Shown here: piece after piece, positions 47,883-57,780 of the stretch | Numbering within the stretch: position 1 is the first letter of the stretch | Layout of the letters: each line of letters begins with the position of its first letter | NCBI GenBank assembly: GCA_950097015.1 | Contig: CATNEN010000029.1 | Location: 7,316,001 to 7,380,000, forward strand | From: Macrostomum hystrix | Lineage: Eukaryota > Animalia > Platyhelminthes | Length of the DNA: 64,000 nt | Reading direction: 5' to 3' | Position numbers and translations under genes: made by a program | The notes under the pieces: model-generated | Databases searched by the model: none | What the model was told of the DNA's origin: nothing | The model's input: only the letters and a program-made list of their open reading frames with translations

Positions 47883-50800
47883 TCAATAGCAGGGCAGGTC
47901 CAGCGGCTGCTTGTTCAACGCCCGATGCCAGAACAGCTCGAGGCCTAGAATAATGGCGCCCATCGCGTAGAATACTCCAAGCAGAATGATGGCGCCGCCC
48001 GAGCCTTCCAGATTGATGGAGTCCGCCTCGCTCGGCTTCATGCTGTTCACGCAATCGCTGTTAACGAAGTACTTGTTGAAGATGCCCTGCAGTACGCCCT
48101 TCTCTTTCAGCTTTTGAAGGCTGCGAATTCGTGAATGGTATTTGGTATTCAATGAGCTATCATTTTCACAGACTCAGGGTGTCCACACTCTCCCATTGCA
48201 GTCCTGGGGTGTCCACACTCTCTCGCTGCAGTCCTGGGGTGTCCACACTCTCCCATTGCAGTCCTGGGGTGTCCACACTCTCTCGCTGCAGTCCTGGGGT
48301 ATCCACATGCTCTCCCATTCTAGTCCTGATGTATTCAGAACATTCCATTCTAGTCCTGAGGTGTCCACAACATTCCATTCTAGTCCTGAGGTGTCCACAC
48401 TGTCCCATTCTAGTCCTGAGGTGTCCACACTCTCTCATTCAGGTCCCGGGGTGTCCACACTGTCCCATTCTAGTCCTGAGGTATTCACAAAATTCCATTC
48501 TAGTCCTGAGGTGTCCAAACCCTCCAATTCAAGTCCTGAGGTGTCCAAACCCTCCGATTCAAGTCCTGGGGTGTCCACACCCTCCGATTCCAGTCCTGAG
48601 ATGTCCACTTGACTTAGCGGCAGGGAGCCTCCATGACGGACGCAGCGAGGAGGCGGCAGATGCCGCCCATATCGCTAACCCCTGGCACCTGAGATGTCCA
48701 CACCCTCCGATTCCAGTTCTGAGGTGTCCACACCCTCCGATTCAAGTCCTGGGGTGTCCAAACCCTCCGATTCAAGTCCTGGGGTGTCCAAACCCTCCGA
48801 TTCCAGTTCTGAGGTGTCCACACCCTCCGATTCCAGTCCTGGGGTGTCCACACCCTCCAATTCCAGTCCTGGGGTGTCCACACCCAGTTGTGCTAGACTC
48901 ACTTGAAGTTAAACAGTTCTCCATAATAGGCATCGTAAGGCAGCACGAAGGCATTGTAGGCCGTATTGAAGGTGTCCTGAGCCAAATAGACCTGCGAGCA
49001 GTTCTGATTGGCTATGTTGAGCAGGAAGGCATAGTCAGAAATGCACGCAACACCTTCGGTGAACACCTTGAGAAATAAAAAAATATAATGTAGGCTTTTA
49101 AAGAAAATCGTAAAGTTGGAGCTTAAAAGACATCGCAGAGCTCACAGTGTTGCCGCACTCTACAATGCCAGGCACCGTGCGCATTCTCTCGGCAACCTTT
49201 TTGTAGGTTGGAAACTCCGAGTCGCGAAATAGAAGCTCCCAGTTGGTGCCAGCTGGGACAACGTACGGCACAGCAGACTGCGACACCAGATCGTCAAGAC
49301 TGTTGATTGTGACCGTCTCCACAGTCACAGTCAGCGCCGATGTCAAATCACCTTTTTATGGAATTAAAGAGACAGAAATCCAATGAATCTCTCCCGTACT
49401 CTCAGTCCCATTCTTGGAATCTTACTCAGATCCTCAGTTCTCAACATTCCAGGAATCCCACTCAGATCCTCAGTTCTCAACATTCCAGGAATCCCACTCA
49501 GATCCTCAGTTCTCAACATTCCAGGAATCTCACTCAGATCCTCAGTTCTCAACATTCCAGGAATCCCACTCAGATCCTCAGTTCTCAACATTCCAGGAAT
49601 CCCACTCAGATCCTCAGTTCTCAACATTCCAGGAATCCCACTCAGATCCTCAGTTCTCAACATTCCAGGAATCCCACTCAGATCCTCAGTTCTCAACATT
49701 CCAGGAATCCCACTCAGATCCTCAGTTCTCAACATTCCAGGAATCCCACTCAGATCCTCAGTTCTCAACATTCCAGGAATCCCACTCAGATCCTCAGTTC
49801 TCAACATTCCAGGAATCCCACTCAGATCCTCAGTTCTCAACATTCCAGGAATCTCACTCAGATCCTCAGTTCTCAACATTCCAGGAATCTCAATCAGATT
49901 ATCAGTTCTCAACATTCCAGGAATCCCACTCAGATCCTCAGTTCTCAACATTCCAGGAATCCCACTCAGATCCTCAGTTCTCAACATTCCAGGAATCTCA
50001 ATCAGATCCTCAGTTCTCAACATTCCAGGAATCTCAATCAGATCATCAGTCTCATTCTAGGAATCTCACTCAGATCCTCAGTTCTCAACATTCCAGGAAT
50101 CTCAATCAGATCCTCAGTTCTCAACATTCCAGGAATCTCAATCAGATCATCAGTCTCATTCTAGGAATCTCACTCAGATCCTCAGTTCTCAACATTCCAG
50201 GAATCTCAATCAGATCATCAGTCTCATTCTAGGAATCTCACTCAGATCCTCAGTTCTCAACATTCCAGGAATCTCAATCAGATCATCAGTCTCATTCTAG
50301 GAATCTCACTCAGATCCTCAGTTCTCAACATTCCAGGAATCTCAATCAGATCATCAGTCTCATTCTAGGAATCTCACTCAGATCCTCAGTTCTCAACATT
50401 CCAGGAATCTCACTCAGATCATCAGTCTCATTCCAGGAATCTCACTCAGATCATCAGTTCTCAACATTCCAGGAATCTCACTCAGATCATCAGTCTCATT
50501 CCAGGAATCTCACTCAGATCATCAGTCTCATTCTAGGAATCTCACTCAGATCCTGATCGTGTCTCATTCCAGGAATCTCTACCAGATCCTCAGCTCATAT
50601 CATTCTCGGAATGTCCCTCAAATCCTTAGTTTTTCTCATTCTAAGAATCACAGACGCAAACAACTCTACTGTTAGTAGTAAAGGTGGAACGCACCAGTAT
50701 AAGCAGCGTAGATAATGACGGTGAAGCACCACCAGAACACCATGACTGTGCGGGCTGACATGCAGGTCGGGTAGAAGTCCTGGCCCTGCTGCAGGAAGCT

Positions 50801-53800
50801 GCCAACGGCGCTCCAGATGTACTCTTGAAGCCAGACCTCGTCTGCGATCGAGTACTCGAGGCCCAGGTTCCACATTGACAGCGGGCTGAATCTGGCGAAA
50901 GCCCAGGTGACCAGAGCGGACACAATCAGCATGCCGATGACAGTCAGCCACACCTGCAGCTGCAGCGGCCTGATGACATTCCACAGCTTGGCCGGCGGCT
51001 TCGGTCTGGGCAGCATGATGGCGGTCTTCTCCTCGTACAGCGGCGCAGAATAGTCAATGACTTCCTGGCGCTTGCTGACTATGGCGAAGGCGTTGCCGCC
51101 CATGTCGGAGATCTGGGTGTTTGGAACACTGGGAGCCTGATCCCCAGATTAATTAGATCCGCAAGAGACAATTATCCCGGTCGCTTACCCCCTTCTGCAC
51201 CTCGCCAACGCAGCCAGACATGTAGGCACTGCCAGGAATGACTCCACCCCATTGTCCGTCAGCTGGTAGTTTATAAATGTACCTTAAATATTAGGTGACG
51301 GGAGTTCATTTGTAATTTAAAGCTGTACTTCTCGATTTACGCGATAAAAAAACGCGTTTATACGATTATAAAAATACAGTTAAAGCTTTCCTATATTAAA
51401 CAGGAAAATAACGATAATCAGTTTAATCACGATTTAAATAAAAAATGTTCAAAAGCAAAATAAAGCGAAACCAAGGTAAATCCCAAAACAAAGGGAATCC
51501 CGAAGCCAAAGGAAATCCCGTAGCCAAGGTAAATCCCAAAACAAAGGGAATCCCGAAACCAAGGGAAATCCCGTAGCCAAGGTAAATCCCAAAACAAAGG
51601 GAATCCCGAAGTCAAAGGAAATCCCGAAGCCACAGGAAATCCCGAAGCCAAAGAAAATCACAAAGCCAAAGGAAATCCGGAAGACAAGAAGAATCCTGAA
51701 ATCAAGGGAAATCCTGAAGCGAAAGATAATAATGAAAACAAGGAAAGACCTCGAGACCAAAAGAAAATCCCAAAATCAAAGGAAATCGTGGAGCCAAGCA
51801 AAATTTAAAGGACAATGGGAATTGATTCCAAAGAAAAACAAAAACTCCAAAATTTAAAAAGAATTGAAGAATCGAAGATAGTTCCAAAACGTTTCCAGAC
51901 TCAGAAAGGAATTTCCAACGAAACCCATGATCCAGGTCTTGAGCGCTTACTTGAAGTCCATTTCGGCAGCCAATATGACGTAGATGTCTTCAACAATGCC
52001 TGAGCCGATGAATGTGCCGTTGGCGTTGGCCGGGCCCAGCAGTTCAATGAACGGCGGAAACTGGTCAGTGTGACGGCCAACAGGGGTTTATTAGATAAAA
52101 GATCAGCCACGAGACTATCAAATGAAAAAATAACAGTTGCTAATATAACTGACCAACATAAAAAACGTTAAATCCTAAATATGTCTAAATATACGTGGAA
52201 AAAACTATAAATAATTCCAACAAACGAGGGTAAATCCAACAATTGAAGGGAAATTCACCATTCGAAGGGAAATCCAACAATCTAAGGGAAATCCAACAAT
52301 CGAAGGGAAATCCAACAATCGAAGGGAAATCCAACAATCGAAGGGAAATCCAACAATCTAAGGGAAATCCAACATTCTAAGGGAAATCCAACAATCGAAA
52401 TAAAATCCAACAAACGAAAGAGAAATCCAACAAACGAAAGAGAAATCCAACAAACGAAAGAGAAATCCAACAAACGAAAGAGAAATCCAACAAACGAAAG
52501 AGAAATCCAACAAACGAAAGAGAAATCCAACAAACGAAAGAGAAATCCAACAAACGAAAGAGAAATCCAACAAACGAAAGAGAAATCCAACAAACGAAAG
52601 AGAAATCCAACAAACGAAAGAGAAATCCAACAAACGAAAGAGAAATCCAACAAACAAAAAGAGAAATCCAACAAACGAAAGAGAAATCCAACAAACGAAT
52701 GGAAATCCAACAAACGAAAGAGAAATCCAACAAACAAAAAGAGAAATCCAACAAACGAAAGAGAAATCCAACAAACAAAAAGAGAAATCCAACAAACGAA
52801 AGAGAAATCCAACAAACGAATGGAAATCCAACAAACGAAAGAGAAATCCAACAAACAAAAAGAGAAATCCAACAAACGAAAGAGAAATCCAACAAACAAA
52901 AAGAGAAATCCAACAAACGAAAGAGAAATCCAACAAACGAAAGAGAAATCCAACAAACGAAAGAGAAATCCAACAAACAAAAAGAGAAATCCAACAAACG
53001 AAAGAGAAATCCAACAAACGAATGGAAATCCAACAAACGAAAGAGAAATCCAACAAACAAAAAGAGAAATCCAACAAACGAAAGAGAAATCCAACAAACA
53101 AAAAGAGAAATCCAACAAACGAAAGAGAAATCCAACAAACAAAAAGAGAAATCCAACAAACGAAAGAGAAATCCAACAAACAAAAAGAGAAATCCAACAA
53201 ACGAAAGAGAAATCCAACAAACAAAAAGAGAAATCCAACAAACGAAAGAGAAATCCAACAAACAAAAAGAGAAATCCAACAAACGAAAGAGAAATCCAAC
53301 AAACGAAAGAGAAATCCAACAAACGAAAGAGAAATCCAACAAACGAAAGAGAAATCCAACAAACGAAAGAGAAATCCAACAAACGAAAGAGAAATCCAAC
53401 AAACGAAAGAGAAATCCAACAAACGAAAGAGAAATCCAACAAACGAAAGAGAAATCCAACAAACAAAAAGAGAAATCCAACAAACGAAAGAGAAATCCAA
53501 CAAACGAATGGAAATCCAACAAACGAAAGAGAAATCCAACAAACGAAAGAGAAATCCAACAAACGAAAGAGAAATCCAACAAACAAAAAGAGAAATCCAA
53601 CAAACGAAAGAGAAATCCAACAAACGAATGGAAATCCAAAAACGAAGGGAAATCCAACAATCGAAGGGAAATCCAACAATCTAAGGGAAATCCAACAATC
53701 GAAGGGAAATCCAACAATCTAAGGGAAATCCAACAATCTAAGGGAAATCTAACGATTTAAGGGAAATCCAACAATCTAAGGGAAATCCAACAATCTAAGG

Positions 53801-56800
53801 GAAATCCAACAATCTAAGGGAAATCCAACAATCTAAGGGAAATCCAACAATCTAAGGGAAATCCAACAAACGAAAGAGAAATCCAACAAACGAAAGAGAA
53901 ATCCAACAAACGAAAGAGAAATCCAACAAACGAAAGAGAAATCCAACAAACGAAAGAGAAATCCAACAAACGAAAGAGAAATCCAACAAACGAAAGAGAA
54001 ATCCAACAAACGAAGGGAAATCCAACAATCTAAGGGAAATCCAACAATCGAAGGGAAATCCAACAATCTAAGGGAAATCCAACAATCTAAGGGAAATCTA
54101 ACGATTTAAGGGAAATCCAACAATCTAAGGGAAATCTAACGATTTAAGGGAAATCCAACAATCGAAGGGAAATCCCATTTTTGAAGAAACCCTAGTGCAT
54201 ATAAAATTGAAAGTGCTTCATGATAACTCAAGTTAACTTAAGTAAATTTTTTTCCTCACAGGTGGTGAGCACAGAATGAGGGTGGCATTCTTGAAGCCCA
54301 GAAACTGGTTTGGGAAGGCCAGCAGCCGGTCCTTCTCCCGGAACGTCAGTCGCAGCAGTCCTGAGCTGGGCTGGTAGCTGCCTGACAGCTGCATCGACAC
54401 CGGGTCGTCGAAGCGTTTGTTGTACGTCCCAACCAGCTCCAGGCCGTAGGCGTTGAAATGCCTACTGGCCGCATCGTATGAGATCAGGCCGCGACCCGTG
54501 TAACGATTGCTCATCTGGAGAACAATAGGAATCCATCTGTCTCATTGTCCCATCCACCTGTCTGATTGTCCCATCCACCTGTCTCATTGTCCCATCCACC
54601 TGTCTCATTGTCCGATCCATCTGTCTCATTGTCCCATCCACCTGTCTCATTGTCCCATCCACCTGTCTCATTGTCCCATCCACCTGTCTCATTGTCCAAT
54701 CCTCCTGTCTCATTGTCCCATCCACTTGTCTCATTGTCCAATCCACCTGTCTCATTGTCCGATACACCTGTCTCATTGTCACAGTCCCGGTCATTTTGTG
54801 ATGGCGAGTTTCTCACATTTAGCAGCCGAAGCTGCACCGATTCGCCGGAGGGCCAAATCTGCGTAGTCGTCTTCGGTTGACACGAGGCGTTGCTAGGCAA
54901 CAGACTGCCAGACGCCAATTGATCGCTGATAGCAAGGACCAGTGACTCGGCTGCGTCTACAAAGCGGAGATCTCTAGTCTGGAAAATAAATGGAAAATGG
55001 AAATGGCGTCAGGGAAATGACGTCAGGGAAATGGCTTCAGGGAAATGACGTCAGGGAAATGACGTCAGGGAAATGACGTCAGGGAAATGGCGTCAGGGAA
55101 ATGACGTCAGGGAAATAGCGTCAGGGAAATGACGTCAGGGAAATGACGTCAGGGAAATGACGTCAGGGAAATGACGTCAGGGAAATGACGTCAGGGAAAT
55201 GACGTCAGGGAAATGGCGTCAGGGAAATGACGTCAGGGAAATGGCGTCAGGGAAATGACGTCAGGGAAATGGCAGTGAAATGGTATCAGGAAAAGTGAGA
55301 TGAGATGGCAGATTTCCAGCCCGCACCCTCAGCAAGGCCACTTGGCAGCCGGGCAGCAGGGGAGACAGGGTCGCCGGACAGCCGGTCGCCGTGCCCAGCC
55401 CGCCGCCGCGCAGCAGCAGGATGTTGCTGTTGGCCTGACCGGCTGCCACTAGCTGCGACTGGGTGAAGCCGGTGTCGGCCAGCAGCCACAGGTAGTTCTG
55501 CTGCAGCACTCGCGCCTCAGGCGGCTGCAGCCAGCAGAGCCATGGCGGCTGTTGGCCGAGCTGCCACCAGCAGGCGAAAGACTCGACGCTTGACTAGGCG
55601 GGTCAGTTGGGCGGCCAGCGGCCCAGCAGCCGGGTCCAACTGGAATGGCAGCGAGCTGATGCCGCGGGAGGACAGGCGGGACTGCAGCCCCTGCAACTGG
55701 TCGGCATCTGCGGAGGTGGTGGGGACTTTCACTCAGGGATTATTATATGCTTGACACATATTTTTGTTCTAGTTTTGATTTTTTACTTCAGGTCTCTGAG
55801 TCCCACCCGGTCTCTGAGTCCTACCCGGTCTCTGAGTCCCACCCGGTCTCTGAGTCCCACCCGGTCTCTGAGTCCTACCCGGTCTCTGAGTCCCACCCGG
55901 TCTCTGAGTCCCTGATTCTGGTCTTTGCATCCCTTGATTCACTCTTTTTGAGTCCCTCGATTCACTCTTTTTGAGTCCTTTGATTCACTCTTTTTGAGTC
56001 CTTTGATTCACTCTTTTTGAGTCCTTTGATTCACTCTTTTTGAGTCCTTTGATTCACTCTTTTTGAGTCCTTTGATTCACTCTTTTTGAGTCCTTTGATT
56101 CACTCTTTTTGAGTCCTTTGATTCACTCTTTTTGAGTCCTTTGATTCACTCTTTTTGAGTCCTTTGATTCACTCTTTTTGAGTCCTTTGATTCACTCTTT
56201 TTGAGTCCTTTGATTCACTCTTTTTGAGTCCTTTGATTCACTCTTTTTGAGTCCTTCGATTCACTCTTTTTTAGTCCTCCATCAGGTCTTTGAGTCCAAT
56301 CATTTGGTATCTGAATCCCTCCATTTTGTCTGTGAGCACGTCCCCACAGTATTTAAATATCACAATTTTACTAATTTTGATTCGACAGTTTTTTATACAA
56401 AAAAACTCACCCTGCTCGCCGTCAAAGAAGATGACCACGCTGACTGCTTGAGTCTGCTGTAGTACAGCTAGAGCTGCAGCCCACATGTCCGCGGACTGGT
56501 GGCTGGCCACTACGCCGTAGCCTTTAAGGAGAGAAGTTAAATGTACTTTCGCTAGGGTAAACGCAAAATCTGTCTAAATCATACCGCTATGTGAATTCAC
56601 CTATCCTGTCCTTACTTACCTACATTTACATGCCTGTACAACCAGATATAAATCGCAAAAGATATTTTTCTCACAAAAATATTTAAATCAGCTTTACCAT
56701 TAGCCAGCGGGCTGCTGCACAGGTCAGGTCGGAATGCCGATAAACGGCAGCCGCATGGTGGCAGCCAGAGAGCTGGTCTCGCGCACCAGGCGGCATCCGC

Positions 56801-57780
56801 CCACGACAATTAGGCCGGATAAGCTTTCCGTCGGCGAGACACCGCAGACTGTTGATTAATAAACGATGGGAAGTTGTGAAAACTCATCAATGAGAATTCG
56901 ATTGGGTGCAGCCAGTCACGTACTATGGTAGTGTTTCGGTTAAAGAGGGATTCCCCACAAGGTTATCTAAAAATAGGAACAACTCACTCCCTAATTAGCC
57001 AATCAAATTTCGACACATCGTTTCTTTCATTAAATATCAATAATTAAAAGTTAATGGTAATAATAATAATAATAATAATAATCATCATAATCATAATTGC
57101 AGGAGGGCTGCGGGCAACGGCACATCATTTTGTGACACTAGACCCGCAACCAGCGAGAAAGCAGCTTTGCCCATTCTGCTGACTCCTGAGCACACACGCA
57201 CGCAGATACAGTTCGCAGGCACGCGCTCACACAGGTGTGTACATCCGCCCTGGCTTTCTCATCGTCAGGCAGTGTACAACATCACTGTGCCTTGGCCCTT
57301 CAGGGCGTAAATTGCACGAAAAGCACCCAATCCCGTCTCTCCGCGGTTTTGCCCTCAATTAATGTGGCGGAATCGCCGCGGAATCGAGCTCGGGGACCTT
57401 GTTGCGAGAGACAAACACGTCAGACCACTCTGCCACTCAACAACGAAACTACATGTATGATTTGTCTACAAGGCGAGCAGAATTAAAAGTACAATTGTCT
57501 ACGCCATGTCAGATCGATAACCCACAGCTGACGTACTCTGCTGCGCCGCCTCGATTGCGGATCCAACTTCGGGCCGCACTGAAACCTGTCGATATCGCAC
57601 AGTATGCCCAGGCAGCAGTCGCCAGTTGTAATTCACGTAGCGATTGAATGTGGCTTCGACTAGTGAGCTATTAATGAGGCCAGATTCGGACACTACCGCT
57701 ATGGTGAAGTCCAGGCATTTGACGCCCGGAGACTGCAGTTGCAGAAGCAACAGCAGCAGCGGCAGCGGCAGCGGCAACAT
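47883..57780 (-). CDS. Divergent ionotropic glutamate-receptor family / IR-like subunit with signal peptide, ATD, S1, M1-M3, S2, M4 (~843 aa if two apparent +1 frameshifts are corrected)
   Basis: Exons 57780-57537, 56848-56698, 56521-56411, 55707-55327, 54978-54817, 54514-54260, 52060-51951, 51282-51189, 51112-50695, 49351-49146, 49066-48903, 48120-47883. Motifs FPPFI..G..VEDI..LA, DGQWG, KRQEVIDYS, GSFLQQG, WWCFTVIIYAAYTGDLTSALTV, and M4 ending GLELFW. Confidence 0.9.
48175..48888. repeat. ~30-bp intronic minisatellite (CAGTCCTGGGGTGTCCACACYCTCCSATTC)
   Basis: Fills the last intron (48121-48902). Confidence 0.92.
48609..48687 (-). mobile_element. 79-bp, extremely 5'-truncated LINE 3' end with 14-bp TSD
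   Basis: TSD CCTGAGATGTCCAC at 48595-48608 and 48688-48701. Reverse complement (GGGTTAGCGATATGGGCGGC...CGCTGCGTCC...CCCTGCCGCTAAGTCAA) aligns with the LINE 3' UTR at ~13385-13456. Confidence 0.85.
49405..50585. repeat. 36-bp intronic minisatellite (CATTCCAGGAATCCCACTCAGATCCTCAGTTCTCAA)
   Basis: About 20 near-perfect copies, then variant blocks; intron 49352-50694. Confidence 0.96.
51465..51790. repeat. Degenerate ~19-bp intronic minisatellite (AAGGRAATCCCGAAGCCA)
   Basis: Recurrent GGAAATCCC / GGGAATCCC inside intron 51283-51950. Confidence 0.8.
52215..54176. repeat. 22-bp intronic minisatellite (GAAATCCAACAAACGAAAGAGA; flanking variant GAAATCCAACAATCTAAGG)
   Basis: About 90 units inside intron 52061-54259; source of the 300-465-aa spurious ORFs. 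Confidence 0.97.
54532..54780. repeat. 21-bp intronic minisatellite (CCATCCACCTGTCTCATTGTC)
   Basis: About 12 copies occupying most of intron 54515-54816. Confidence 0.95.
55002..55272. repeat. 14-bp intronic minisatellite (ATGACGTCAGGGAA) x19 containing CRE palindromes
   Basis: 13 of 19 units carry a perfect TGACGTCA; intron 54979-55326. Confidence 0.97.
55793..56275. repeat. Two abutting intronic minisatellites: 18-bp (CCGGTCTCTGAGTCCCAC) and 23-bp (TTTGATTCACTCTTTTTGAGTCC)
   Basis: 55793-55912 and ~55933-56275, both containing TGAGTCC; intron 55708-56410. Confidence 0.93.
57055..57442 (-). mobile_element. SINE family B copy in intron 1 of the iGluR-like gene
   Basis: Reverse complement aligns along its length with 34985-35324 (TGAGTGGCAGAG head ... 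GCAGCCCTCCTGCAATT tail), followed by (ATT)n. Confidence 0.85.

Noticed and set aside
49340-54066. Long repetitive ORFs on both strands (36-bp and 22-bp arrays), including TM-like FVCWISLSF repeats
   Set aside because: Minisatellite artefacts inside introns of the iGluR-like gene; open in several frames at once.
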